Virus record (IMG/VR): IMGVR_UViG_3300027857_000022
Span: 1-55,055 of that record
Reading direction: 5' to 3' (one strand)
DNA length: 55,055 nucleotides
From: a virus
Taxonomy: Duplodnaviria > Caudoviricetes
The translations under genes and the position numbers were made by a program. Positions 25,828 to 35,548 of this stretch are shown here, piece by piece. How positions within the stretch are numbered: position 1 is the first letter of the stretch; each line of letters begins with the position of its first letter. The notes under the pieces are model-generated. The model searched no databases. It worked only from the letters and a program-made list of their open reading frames with translations, and was not told the origin of the DNA.

Positions 25828-26145
25828 TTATTTCATTCCTGATACAGCAAGCAGCACATGCCACATGCAGATAAGCATGATCAAAAGCGCAAATGTACCC
25901 AAGCATATCCAGGTGATGCGGGCTGCCAGCTTCTCAGGATCGAGTGGCTCTTTGAAGATGATCGGGAGATCTTGCTGATAGGCAGGCTTGGGGAGCCCAT
26001 CATGCCAATTTGGCTTTTGCGCTTTTTCTTTCCTCTGAATCTGATCCCAGGTTGCGAGTCCAGGCGCAACGGGCATTTCGCCCGTGTCGGCCCAGGATGG
26101 ATCAATGCTTGGTGGACCTTGCAAATGATGTGGCTCTTTGATCAT
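25828..26145 (-). CDS. Hypothetical protein with C-terminal TM segment
   Basis: RBS GAGGTG; hydrophobic C-terminus. Confidence 0.6.
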   Translation of the reverse strand: MIKEPHHLQGPPSIDPSWADTGEMPVAPGLATWDQIQRKEKAQKPNWHDGLPKPAYQQDLPIIFKEPLDPEKLAARITWICLGTFALLIMLICMWHVLLAVSGMK

Positions 26146-26266
26146 ATCGCACCTCGTGAAGCATGCCAATCCAGACGCACTTAGAAATAAGGGCTGAACA
26201 AATTTCAGGTGCAGACCACTGGACTGGATTGGCATAGATCAATTGTACAAGCAATGGAACGTCTGG

Positions 26267-26470
26267 TCAAGCTTGTTTCGGTGGCATTTCCACTGGTGTG
26301 GGCTGCGGACCTGTGAGTTGATTGCTATACCCAAACCAGTGCCCCACAGCTAATCCTGCCATGATGAGAGCTGCCTCGTGTGTTCCTTGGTCTTGTGTGA
26401 AGACGAGTAGGATTCCACAAAAGATCAGTGTGGTGATCGTCACTGCAAGATAGACAAATGTTGTGTTCAT
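26267..26470 (-). CDS. Two-TM holin-like protein
   Basis: Two TM segments and an AVGHWFG motif; in the lysis cluster. Confidence 0.6.
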   Translation of the reverse strand: MNTTFVYLAVTITTLIFCGILLVFTQDQGTHEAALIMAGLAVGHWFGYSNQLTGPQPTPVEMPPKQA

Positions 26471-26931
26471 GAATATTTTCTCCTATTAGAACGTTGGATA
26501 AGATCAATGAGCATTTTCGTCTGCTTGAGCAGCTCCTCATCTTGCGCTTCCAAATGATGCATGATTTGCAAGATATCTTCAAATGTCTTATTCGTTGTAT
26601 TGAATGACTCTTCTGCCTGTAACTCAGCTTTCCGGCTGAGTACATTCTGGCCGACTGAGAGCACCGGAAGAGCCCAAAGCTGCACAAGATTACTTAGAAA
26701 CAATAAGAAGGTAAATGGGTATGGATCGCTTTTGAATCTCCAAATGCCAAAGGATGCTAATGCCATCCATAAAAGCATCCAAGCAACTAAGATGTAAAAT
26801 GCTTGCATGCTTCCAAATCCCTTCGTGATCATCACAGCTACCCGCTGATTGAAGCCAGTTTGCTCAGCTGCATGTAAATGGTTCACGTTCTGCGGCTTAT
26901 GTAGATGAGGATGATGCTCAAATAATGCCAT
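26467..26931 (-). CDS. DUF1003-family membrane protein
   Basis: GSMQAF...DPYPFTFLLFLSNLVQLWALPVLSVGQN. Confidence 0.85.
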   Translation of the reverse strand: MALFEHHPHLHKPQNVNHLHAAEQTGFNQRVAVMITKGFGSMQAFYILVAWMLLWMALASFGIWRFKSDPYPFTFLLFLSNLVQLWALPVLSVGQNVLSRKAELQAEESFNTTNKTFEDILQIMHHLEAQDEELLKQTKMLIDLIQRSNRRKYS

Positions 26932-26941
26932 AGCACATCTC

Positions 26942-27388
26942 CTAATGTAATGCTACGCCAATAAGAACTCCTGCAAGCGTTCCTGCAGTCACAATGGCGA
27001 GAAAGAAGAGGGCAGATCGTAATGCGCCGCCCGCCTCGTTGTCATAGCGTGCCTTGATCCATCCAAAGAGAAGTGCGACGAGGGCCGTGCACGCGTAGCT
27101 CCACCACTGGACATAGGACAAATGCAGAACAACAGGCAGAAGAGGCGCAAGCCCACCGATGAGGAACGCACCTCCTGTCGAGAGCCCAGCCATCCACTCG
27201 TTTTGGTCGGCCACAGAACGCGCCGCTGCATATCCGCCTAGCCCCATGCTGATTGCAGAGGCAGCTACAACCCCGATCATGGTCGAGAGCAAGTGGCTTC
27301 CAACAACCCCGCTTACCGTCATGATCGTAACTAATGTCGTCACCAGCCCGTCATCAAGGCCCAGCACAACACCGCGTAACCATTTCAT
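26942..27388 (-). CDS. VIT1/CCC1-family membrane protein, short form
   Basis: LRGVVLGLDDGLVT, AISMGLGGY, FLIGGLAPLLP, LLFGWIKA. Confidence 0.85.
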   Translation of the reverse strand: MKWLRGVVLGLDDGLVTTLVTIMTVSGVVGSHLLSTMIGVVAASAISMGLGGYAAARSVADQNEWMAGLSTGGAFLIGGLAPLLPVVLHLSYVQWWSYACTALVALLFGWIKARYDNEAGGALRSALFFLAIVTAGTLAGVLIGVALH

Positions 27389-27735
27389 GCGATCTCCTCC
27401 TCATGAAGCGAGATGGTTGTGCTCTTTTTGTTGTCTTCTATATCTACTGAGTTATCTGATATGGTGATGATTATCCCTCTCCTTTCAAGCGCTTTGCGTA
27501 TAACTTCTATGATACGATTGAGATGAACATTATCCTTCCTTATATCTTCTATCTTTCCTCGCAAAAGCATTAGCTCGGCTTGCATTGCAGCAATTGCACG
27601 TTGTTGTGCGTTACTTGCCTCCTCACTTATTTTGCTTTTTGACATGGACTTGCCTGATATGATTGCCACAATAAAGACAATCAGGATCGAGAGCAAGCCC
27701 GCAATGGAATTAAGACTTTCGATAATGGCATTCAT
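27385..27735 (-). CDS. N-terminal TM + coiled-coil lysis-cluster protein
   Basis: Single TM segment followed by heptads. Confidence 0.65.
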   Translation of the reverse strand: MNAIIESLNSIAGLLSILIVFIVAIISGKSMSKSKISEEASNAQQRAIAAMQAELMLLRGKIEDIRKDNVHLNRIIEVIRKALERRGIIITISDNSVDIEDNKKSTTISLHEEEIA

Positions 27736-28052
27736 ACGCCCTCTTTGGGAAGCATAAAGACGGCGGCTTCGATGGCGCTCTCCACAGCAGATATGTCAGG
27801 CAGAGGCAGATGGAAGGCAAAGAAAAGCTGGGTCACAATCGTGATAGCAAGCTGTTTCTTGGCAGACCCTAACAGCGACCCGCTCTGCTGCTCAACTTGC
27901 CGCACGGCCATTTCTGCAAATTGCGCAAGAGCAGGGCGTGTGTGGTCTGGCAGCTTTTGTGCCCATACACGAGAAAGCCAGATTGCCTCAAGAACCGAGA
28001 GAAATGTCCCAAAGACGAATATCAATGTATTAACGACTTGAGCCCAATTCAT
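27732..28052 (-). CDS. Holin, LL-H family-like
   Basis: AEMAVRQVEQ...GSAKKQLA...SAIEAAV; follows the endolysin. Confidence 0.8.
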   Translation of the reverse strand: MNWAQVVNTLIFVFGTFLSVLEAIWLSRVWAQKLPDHTRPALAQFAEMAVRQVEQQSGSLLGSAKKQLAITIVTQLFFAFHLPLPDISAVESAIEAAVFMLPKEGV

Positions 28053-28061
28053 GACAATCTC

Positions 28062-29027
28062 CTATTGCACCTGTACAAGCTTCATAATCAAAGCGATGTC
28101 ATCGGAGATTTGTTTGCCAATTGTGCCAATCTGTCCAATGTTCGATGAGGCAAGCAGTGCCTTCAATTGAGCAATCTCGGCTGTCATTGCTGCATACTGC
28201 TTTTGATACCACAGCAGCTCTTGGCCCAGCCAACCCTCAAATACTCCCATCTTTTCTGTATATTCAAGCCGCTTCCAGCGAAACATTTGCGCTTGGCCTC
28301 CTCCAAGGCTCGTGTTACTCTGCTCTAGAAGGTCGAGATGCTGTTCTGGCTCAAGTGGCCAGTTTGCTGGGTCCCAATTAGGATCTGCCAATATATGATC
28401 GCGAAATCCTAAAATAACAGAAATTCCATTAGGGGCTGTGAGAATTTTGCTGGTTGCGTTGTCACTCCAACCAGTGGGAACGTTATTCATGTTTGTATTT
28501 CCTTTTAGGTAGTTGTATAAGTCTGACCAGGGATAGGTGCCAGGGCAGCGTGCACGATTCACAGGGTCCATAGAATAGTGCCCGGTAATTCCCCCACTAC
28601 TATCTGCCCATCGCATTGGGATCCCGTTTCGCTGGCAGATGTCGGCAATAAGAGCAAAGCTTGCTGCTTTCTGCGCAGGCGTGAGATCTGTAGCGTTGGC
28701 ATCGTCAGGCTTGACGTGCTCAATGCTGATCGTGACATTGTTGGGGTTGGGATTACCGTCAACATTCCACCATGGATCATGGCCCGTCGTAACGACTCCA
28801 TTTGCCCACGCGCCATCACCTTCATCATTGCACTGCACTATTTGCCCGTCTTGACCTATCACATAATGGGCACTAACGGGATTGTCTGATCCTTGCGTAC
28901 TTTGAAAGTAGGATGCAATAGCTTGTGCAGAAGTGCCTCCTGCTGTACCATGCAAAATGACCCATCGTGGCTTAAGGCCATCGCGCCCCAGGAATGCGTT
29001 GCTGTTACGCATTTGAATAATGTTCAT
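28062..29027 (-). CDS. Endolysin, N-acetylmuramoyl-L-alanine amidase (Amidase_2)
   Basis: VILHGTAG, VSAHYVIG, TISIEH, ITGH, RARCPG. Confidence 0.92.
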   Translation of the reverse strand: MNIIQMRNSNAFLGRDGLKPRWVILHGTAGGTSAQAIASYFQSTQGSDNPVSAHYVIGQDGQIVQCNDEGDGAWANGVVTTGHDPWWNVDGNPNPNNVTISIEHVKPDDANATDLTPAQKAASFALIADICQRNGIPMRWADSSGGITGHYSMDPVNRARCPGTYPWSDLYNYLKGNTNMNNVPTGWSDNATSKILTAPNGISVILGFRDHILADPNWDPANWPLEPEQHLDLLEQSNTSLGGGQAQMFRWKRLEYTEKMGVFEGWLGQELLWYQKQYAAMTAEIAQLKALLASSNIGQIGTIGKQISDDIALIMKLVQVQ

Positions 29028-29427
29028 AAGGATGCTCCTTTCTCATTCGGAGCTTTCGCCTTCTCAGCTTGGCCCTTTCCCTCGTCATTTTCTCTTTGCA
29101 TTGAGCGCAATATTTCTGCGCACGCTTTGGCATTGGAGCAAAGCAGAGAAGGCAAGGCCTTTGCGGCCTCTCCTTCTCTGCATACTCTCTGCGGTTCTTT
29201 GCATTGATAAACTCCTTGTGCTCTTGGTGGTATCGTGCACTCCGTTGTGCAATATGCGCTTTATGTTCAATCGTGTATTGCCTCTTTTGAGCCTTGATGT
29301 ACTCTTTGTTGTCCTGATAACGTTGTCTCTCGCGTTCGTTGTAGCACGCAGAGCAGAGGAGACCAAACTTTGGGAATGGAGCACCTGTCTGCTCGCTCGC
29401 GTGACATACTTTGCAGAATCGACTCAT
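29005..29427 (-). CDS. Zn-finger/basic helical protein resembling HNH-endonuclease N-terminal regions
   Basis: CKVC...CSAC, Y-x-x-(N/H)-K-(E/A) repeats, CLLC...CAQC; no HNH motif. Confidence 0.65.
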   Translation of the reverse strand: MSRFCKVCHASEQTGAPFPKFGLLCSACYNERERQRYQDNKEYIKAQKRQYTIEHKAHIAQRSARYHQEHKEFINAKNRREYAEKERPQRPCLLCFAPMPKRAQKYCAQCKEKMTRERAKLRRRKLRMRKEHPYEHYSNA

Positions 29428-29436
29428 TTTATTACA

Positions 29437-29673
29437 CTATACATCGCTAATATAGTGCCAAGTATACGTGTCGGTTATGGTGGAGCTGTAATTGATATTA
29501 CACGAATTAATATCATAAGGATCTGATGTATCTGTAAATACAAACAGATTTACTTGTCCTTCTTCAGTGTATAATGGCCCAAAACTCGTAACATATGCTA
29601 TATGAATTGCGCCATTAGCATCCGTAAAACGGACCTCCTGATTAATCGTGGGTAATGTTGATGGTGCTGCCAT
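29437..29673 (-). CDS. Small conserved phage protein, paralogue of 43801..44082
   Basis: PTINQEVRF...AYVT...VNLFVF...TWHY. Confidence 0.7.
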   Translation of the reverse strand: MAAPSTLPTINQEVRFTDANGAIHIAYVTSFGPLYTEEGQVNLFVFTDTSDPYDINSCNINYSSTITDTYTWHYISDV

Positions 29674-29688
29674 AATTTTTGCCCTTTC

Positions 29689-30234
29689 TTAGCTAAATCC
29701 GCCTGAAACAAGACATAATACAGTAACAAGATTGCTATCAGTAAATGCCCCAAATGATGATGGAAGTACTGTCAATCCCGTTGTGGATGATATGACAGAA
29801 TCTATCATACCAGCGCCTGATGCCTGCCTGCCGAATACGCTATTTGCGATAGTAGATAGGAATGCTATCCAATAGTTACCGGGAGAGAGCAATACATTGG
29901 CTGTCAAGCTTTTTGTGAATACACCTGTTGCTGCTGCATTCGCTCCCGTGTGTCCCTGCAAATTACCAGGTCCTCCATTTGTGCCCGTTGAATCATAAAT
30001 GCCCAGGTCAATATTTCCTGTTGGCGATCCTGAAAAACAACATCGCATCTGTGTAAGAGTAACAGATGCCAGCAATGTGTATAATGATGCATAGGCTTGT
30101 CCTGCACTTACTGTAAAAGTCCCCGTTGAATTTTCTATGCCGGGTGTAAATACAACAAGTGGAGCGACTAGCCCATTATCAACTGTCGTCGGATATCCCA
30201 TCAGAGCGCCTCCAATCGTATTCGGATAAGGCAT
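29689..30234 (-). CDS. Virion structural/fibre-associated beta-sandwich protein
   Basis: GNIDLGIYD...LSPGNYWIAF; Gly/Ser/Thr-rich; in tail cluster. Confidence 0.65.
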   Translation of the reverse strand: MPYPNTIGGALMGYPTTVDNGLVAPLVVFTPGIENSTGTFTVSAGQAYASLYTLLASVTLTQMRCCFSGSPTGNIDLGIYDSTGTNGGPGNLQGHTGANAAATGVFTKSLTANVLLSPGNYWIAFLSTIANSVFGRQASGAGMIDSVISSTTGLTVLPSSFGAFTDSNLVTVLCLVSGGFS

Positions 30235-30243
30235 ATATCACCT

Positions 30244-32625
30244 CTATTTCCCGTAAACATTCAAACTATGCGTGAATGTAGGCGTCGCTGTCCCGCCTAC
30301 AATCCAGCGCAATCTACCTGTTAATCCTAAACTCTGATTGTATGCCATGCCAGCACCTATACTCGTGCTAAGCGTGTTTGTTGCTGCTGTCAGTACTGCT
30401 GATTGCCAAAGAACGTAGTAGATACCATCAGCGCCTTTACGTTCCCAAAAGTACTGGATTGTCGGATTTGTTCCTGATTGCGCGGTAGTATTGATATCGA
30501 TGGAAATCTCAGTATACGGTCCTACTGTGAGATCTCCACTATTTTGTGTTGAGCCTGATGTTTGTGTAGATGCCAATGTGTAGACAGCGACACTATTGCG
30601 CTGTATTGCTACCTGTCCTGCACTCCCGAGGAGAATAGGCGTGTCACCTGCTGTGCTATTCTTTCCGTAGATGGACGTTCTCAGCTCAGTATTGCTCTGA
30701 TCAGCAGCAAGTGCTGTTCCCCCAACTGCCTGAATAATACTGGTAAGGCGCCCACCTGCATCGATGCCAAGCTTGTTTGTCCCCCCACTATCAACAAGAA
30801 ACGAATTGACAACCCATGGTGCAAATGTTTGCGGAATAGCATGAGCACTGACAGTTACATTACCGCTACTATAACCTGAAATGCGTGCACGTATTTGTTG
30901 CAATCCTGCACACGACGCAACAAACACACCAGTGCCACCAGAGGCAGTTCCAATGAAATTAATACCCAGCTGAGAAGCTTCAAGCGCATTGAATGTGCTT
31001 CCATCTTCATTGCCTTCAAAATTAATGAGCGCACTAAATGATCCTGTTATCGTGAAGACAACAGTGGACATGCCCAGTACACTGAGAACAGTACCATTGC
31101 CATTTGTGGAGGCTGCGCTCTGAAGCGTTGCTGAGATAGAGCCAGAAGCCTGCAATGAGACGTTTCCTGCGCCAGCGCTACCCTTCCAGCGATCCATCGT
31201 GGAGCCATTCCAGATCGCCGGATTCTCCATCACGACATTCGCCGCTGCAACCCCATCACCAGTTGCACTCCGCTCTAGGTAGAATTTGCCGTCCACCGGG
31301 TTGTACAAAGCCTCTTCTTCGATGCCAACGCCTGCCGCTGTAAAACCATTCAATCCAGGGCCAAGGCCAGAGAATTGATCCCACTCGACTGTTGAGTTTT
31401 GTGCATGAGAGAAAGCTGTTGCATTCTGAAGCGGCACACTGGTTGATCCTGCTGTGTACCCTGTTCCGACATAGTTTGCTTCTGGATTTGCACCTGCTCG
31501 ATCAAGGATGATTTGCTGGCCAGCCATAAGCGTGGTTGGAGCTGAGTTAAGGGTGAGTGTCGTGGAGCCAGCGGCTAGCGGATTATTCGAGATGGAGCCA
31601 CTGCCAAGCGCTTTGCCCTGTACATTGCGAGCACGGTCAAACTGGAGACCTGAGATCACGTTGGAATTGTTGAGCGGGCCACCTGCATTCCACTCGTATT
31701 CTGCTGCAACCGCCGTGCCCTGTCCTGATGCACCGTCTTTTTCACCATTGGCAGAACGGTCAAACTCAAAGTTGCCTGCAATGCTGTTATAGAGATAGGT
31801 TGCACTTGGTGAAAGTCCTGTACCAGAAACCATATCCCCAACAGTTGCATCACGCGCTTGATTGAAGTGATACCACGTGATGCTTTGCCCATTGGCATGA
31901 TTGTTCTTGAGGATCGCGTGAATATGCGTTCCATCGTCTACGGTAACGACCTCGGTAGACTCAACATTATCTGAGGTTGTGATAATGTCTCCGGCTTTCA
32001 GGCTAGCCGTGGATGCCAAGACGATGGACTGTGAGCTTGACGATCCGGTAACAGCCCCATTGAATGTCGTTGTGAGAGCAGGTCCGGCAAGCTGCTGACT
32101 GCCTGATGGAATTCCTACCGCTGCAACAGCATCAAGCCCCGTGCCACGCTGTCTATCAAGCAGCCCGCCAGGATTGAGAATTTGTGCTACACCGCCAGTA
32201 AGCAGTCCGTTCCCTGATCCGAGGCTTTGATTGTCCGCACTGTGGAACTGCGTAACAGTTGCTTCATTGCCTGCTTGATAGATGCCCATCCGCAAGTTAG
32301 GATGGGATGAGCTTTCGACAAGAGCACCCTGTAAGTTTGTGCCATCTGAGCCGCCAATCTGAGTAGAAGAGGCAGGCGCTGCACTACCATCGGTTCCCAC
32401 GCTTGGATTAGAAGCGGAGATGGAGCCTGTGATTGGGAGTGGCGCAGAGTTGGATACAGCAGTCTCCGTCCCCGCATTGTTGAATACGACCTGTGTTCCA
32501 ATCGGGTGCGTAGGCGCGGCACTGCCATCGGTGTACTGCGTCCCTGATGTTCCTCCAGCCTGAAGCTGAGCAAGGATTGCCTCTTGTGTGCTTTCCCATG
32601 CTCCCGTTCCTGGTGGTACTGTCAT
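30244..32625 (-). CDS. Large virion fibre/minor structural protein
   Basis: 793 aa, G/S/T/A/N-rich, modular. Confidence 0.75.
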   Translation of the reverse strand: MTVPPGTGAWESTQEAILAQLQAGGTSGTQYTDGSAAPTHPIGTQVVFNNAGTETAVSNSAPLPITGSISASNPSVGTDGSAAPASSTQIGGSDGTNLQGALVESSSHPNLRMGIYQAGNEATVTQFHSADNQSLGSGNGLLTGGVAQILNPGGLLDRQRGTGLDAVAAVGIPSGSQQLAGPALTTTFNGAVTGSSSSQSIVLASTASLKAGDIITTSDNVESTEVVTVDDGTHIHAILKNNHANGQSITWYHFNQARDATVGDMVSGTGLSPSATYLYNSIAGNFEFDRSANGEKDGASGQGTAVAAEYEWNAGGPLNNSNVISGLQFDRARNVQGKALGSGSISNNPLAAGSTTLTLNSAPTTLMAGQQIILDRAGANPEANYVGTGYTAGSTSVPLQNATAFSHAQNSTVEWDQFSGLGPGLNGFTAAGVGIEEEALYNPVDGKFYLERSATGDGVAAANVVMENPAIWNGSTMDRWKGSAGAGNVSLQASGSISATLQSAASTNGNGTVLSVLGMSTVVFTITGSFSALINFEGNEDGSTFNALEASQLGINFIGTASGGTGVFVASCAGLQQIRARISGYSSGNVTVSAHAIPQTFAPWVVNSFLVDSGGTNKLGIDAGGRLTSIIQAVGGTALAADQSNTELRTSIYGKNSTAGDTPILLGSAGQVAIQRNSVAVYTLASTQTSGSTQNSGDLTVGPYTEISIDINTTAQSGTNPTIQYFWERKGADGIYYVLWQSAVLTAATNTLSTSIGAGMAYNQSLGLTGRLRWIVGGTATPTFTHSLNVYGK

Positions 32626-32679
32626 CGTGCTATTCCTTTCGTGTTACTATTGTGAGATATCACACGTTTTATTCAGAAA

Positions 32680-32925
32680 CTACTCCCCCTGAATCGAGAT
32701 CGAAAATAGGGCTCCAGGGCTACTTGAGCCACCTATCTGCCATCGCACACGTCCCGACGCTGTAATCTCCTCAGTTGTGGCACACCCAGGGCCGATTGAG
32801 CGTTTATAGTCGACCATAAGACCTCTTAATGGCATATTGCCGCTTTTGTCGATTTGTGCTAGACTTGCGGCTATGAAGAATCGCCTCATATCCGTGTGAT
32901 ATGTCTTAAAGACGATCTGTATCAA
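32680..32925 (-). CDS. Hypothetical protein
   Basis: RBS GGAGGGG; fills the gap between tail genes. Confidence 0.5.
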   Translation of the reverse strand: MIQIVFKTYHTDMRRFFIAASLAQIDKSGNMPLRGLMVDYKRSIGPGCATTEEITASGRVRWQIGGSSSPGALFSISIQGE

Positions 32926-32937
32926 TAGCGTCCCCTC

Positions 32938-34575
32938 CTATACAATGCCTACCCATGTGCTGCTACCTGTCTTGACGTAAATGCGTTGATTTGCTATTGA
33001 CGGCGTGTCTGTACGAAAGTAGTAGTCACCTTGGCTTCCGATTCCGCTTCCTGGTGCTCCACTGCCAGACATGAGAGACGAACCGCCATTGAGGTTACAA
33101 GGTCCACCGATAACAGTGAATCCGCCGTCATCAACGCGAAAGATTGTTGATGAAAATGCTGCATTCAGCAATTGGAATGACCCGTTGCTATTCCTGAGCC
33201 ATTTCTGCTTACCCGGGTTTGTCGGGTCGTCCAATCCAAACGAGGAGGATGATCCACTTCCAGGAGCCTCTACCGTAAGCGGGCCAAACTGCTGTACGAC
33301 GGTCCCTCTCGAATAAAGTGCTGACTGCGTATCGGTAAGCGGCTGCCCGCCAAAAATGTTGTAGAAATTGACGAAGTTGTTTGCTCCAGAAGATCCTTGA
33401 TGCACGTGAGCAGTAACGTTGTTGCCATCAAAATCAAACTGGTCGAACTGATTATCGTGTTGTGTGCCATTGATTGCTATATTGTACGTTCCTGCTCCTG
33501 ATCCTGTATTCACAATGTAGGCTTGCAGGAAGTCATTCATGTACCCATCACCGTCAAGCAGGAGAACAGCCTTACCCGGCGTTGCGAGATTTGCAAACCA
33601 TGATTGGATAAAACGGTTATGGTGTGCATTGTGGATTTGTATACCATTGACAGCAGTGTAACTATCAATGATCGTATTCATAAACCAGTGGAAAGTACCT
33701 ACTGAAGATACTGCTGCACTAGCATCGATATTGATGCCTCCCAATCCCTGTGTATTGTAAAGTGCAGAAAAATCGTTGAAATAAACACCGCCTGTATCAG
33801 TGAGTGTTGTTCTCGCATAGTGGTACCCATAACCACCATTATTGCGACATGTCACATGTGCGAAATGTATCTCATTGCCAATTGTCGCATCTCCTTGTAC
33901 GAAAATGGCGTCACCTGATAGCCCGGTGATATGCAAGTTCTGAAAGCGTGAATCCAAATCGCCACTAATAGAGAGTCCAATTGCGCCACCGTTGATACTG
34001 CCATCAATCTTGAGATTGCTCACATGACAGCGTGTGCCATTTGTGATGGTAATAGCTGTGTGCCCGGAAGTTGGGGCAAGGATAGAGGCAGTTCCTACCC
34101 CTATTATGCTCACATCAGTAAGCCCGGAAAGCGTAATTCCTGAGTATTTATAGATGCCGTCAGGAAAGAGAATGGACCCGCCACTTGCAGGAAGAGCAGC
34201 AAATGCCCTTGCAATGGATGTGTCACAAAGTGACGCGCCCGTTATGTCTGGATTATAGTCTTTGATATTGACAGTTACACTTGCACTTGTAGAGGCATCA
34301 AGATCTGCGATCCATCGGCTTGCTTCACCACTCCAGACAAGAGAGAGAGAAGCATAGGCAACAACAGTAACACCTGAATCGCTGCCACTCACGAGACTCT
34401 GTGCAGGATTGGTATGAAAAGTCATCGCATAGGGAGAAGTATTCACAATCTTGAGTGGCTGATCTTCCCGCCATCCCCCCTGCAACTGAACTCCGGTAAC
34501 GTTCCCACTGAGCGTGATAGTGATACTATTGCCAGTCACCGCGATGATCGAACCATTTACCACGGCTATACTCAT
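32938..34575 (-). CDS. Tail spike with pectate-lyase-like beta-helix
   Basis: VNIKDY...GGSILFPDGIY, parallel beta-helix repeats, C-terminal GSGAPGSGIGSQGDYYFRTD. Confidence 0.85.
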   Translation of the reverse strand: MSIAVVNGSIIAVTGNSITITLSGNVTGVQLQGGWREDQPLKIVNTSPYAMTFHTNPAQSLVSGSDSGVTVVAYASLSLVWSGEASRWIADLDASTSASVTVNIKDYNPDITGASLCDTSIARAFAALPASGGSILFPDGIYKYSGITLSGLTDVSIIGVGTASILAPTSGHTAITITNGTRCHVSNLKIDGSINGGAIGLSISGDLDSRFQNLHITGLSGDAIFVQGDATIGNEIHFAHVTCRNNGGYGYHYARTTLTDTGGVYFNDFSALYNTQGLGGINIDASAAVSSVGTFHWFMNTIIDSYTAVNGIQIHNAHHNRFIQSWFANLATPGKAVLLLDGDGYMNDFLQAYIVNTGSGAGTYNIAINGTQHDNQFDQFDFDGNNVTAHVHQGSSGANNFVNFYNIFGGQPLTDTQSALYSRGTVVQQFGPLTVEAPGSGSSSSFGLDDPTNPGKQKWLRNSNGSFQLLNAAFSSTIFRVDDGGFTVIGGPCNLNGGSSLMSGSGAPGSGIGSQGDYYFRTDTPSIANQRIYVKTGSSTWVGIV

Positions 34576-34578
34576 GAC

Positions 34579-34944
34579 CTAAATCTTCCTAATCTCTATC
34601 TGTGAAGGTAAACTATCGTACACAAGACTACTAATCGTTGCCTCTGCCAGGACCTCAAATAGCTCAACACCCGGAAGTGCGCCGCCGACTGCTGAACCAA
34701 GTGCCGAAGCTGCATAGGCATTTGTCATATCAGAGGAGGAGAGGTTGTAGGTAACAACCCCTGTGCTCTGATTTGGACTTGAGAACGTGCCACCACCAGC
34801 GACTTTCTGCCCCGTCGAGAGGCTGCGAAACTTGAGCGTAAACGCGCCAGTCGTAAAGCTCGCTGGGATGTTCCCATAGGAGTCGACAAACGAAACCGGA
34901 ATAGGCGGCGCATCTGATGTTGTGAAGTAGAATGGGACACTCAT
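34579..34944 (-). CDS. Tail adaptor, BppU N-terminal-like
   Basis: GVVTYNLSSSD pattern, upstream of the spike gene. Confidence 0.55.
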   Translation of the reverse strand: MSVPFYFTTSDAPPIPVSFVDSYGNIPASFTTGAFTLKFRSLSTGQKVAGGGTFSSPNQSTGVVTYNLSSSDMTNAYAASALGSAVGGALPGVELFEVLAEATISSLVYDSLPSQIEIRKI

Positions 34945-34996
34945 CTACATAGCCTCCTTTTGTGTTACTACTGGGATTTGTGCACGTTTATCTATT

Positions 34997-35095
34997 ATGA
35001 ATAAATTGTTACATATAGTTACTGCGATCCTCTTCATGGCGTTCCTTGCCTTCATAGCCTGGATTGTCATCCTCATGCTGTGGTATGGCGGATAG
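34997..35095 (+). CDS. Possible 32-aa single-TM peptide (not in ORF track)
   Basis: MNKLLHIVTAILFMAFLAFIAWIVILMLWYGG; fills the intergenic gap; no clear RBS. Confidence 0.45.
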   Translation: MNKLLHIVTAILFMAFLAFIAWIVILMLWYGG

Positions 35096-35548
35096 CTACA
35101 TGACATAGCCGTAGATCATCCACTGCTGCAAAACGATATTTCCACTTGCGGCCTTGACATCGATTTGTCCACCGGATGAAACAGGCGCAATAACCATGCC
35201 ACCAACTGTGTACTGATTGGCAACAGGCCCGCTCAATCCCCAATATTGGCCAAAGGTTCCCCCGTGAGGTGCGCCCTGCATATAGCCCCCAGCTGTACTG
35301 GCAAAGATGCCAATGCCTAGCAACACGGCAAGAACACCCGATGATGGGATACCCCCAACACCTGTGCATGTGAGGGTGGTTGTATTACCAGCATTCACAG
35401 TTGGATTGGTCGTGAGCTGATAGGGCGAGCCGAGAAAGTAAATTGCACCTGCGCCCACTAGGCACGTCTCAATATTGTTGAACAGGCCCGCGTCCAGGCC
35501 CGGGGCTGCCCCGGATGTAAACGGGCCCGTTTTAGTATATAATGCCAT
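35096..35548 (-). CDS. Minor tail / receptor-binding protein
   Basis: MALYTKTGPFTSGAAPGLDAGLFNNIE attachment-type N-terminus; ends IYGYVM. Confidence 0.7.
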   Translation of the reverse strand: MALYTKTGPFTSGAAPGLDAGLFNNIETCLVGAGAIYFLGSPYQLTTNPTVNAGNTTTLTCTGVGGIPSSGVLAVLLGIGIFASTAGGYMQGAPHGGTFGQYWGLSGPVANQYTVGGMVIAPVSSGGQIDVKAASGNIVLQQWMIYGYVM

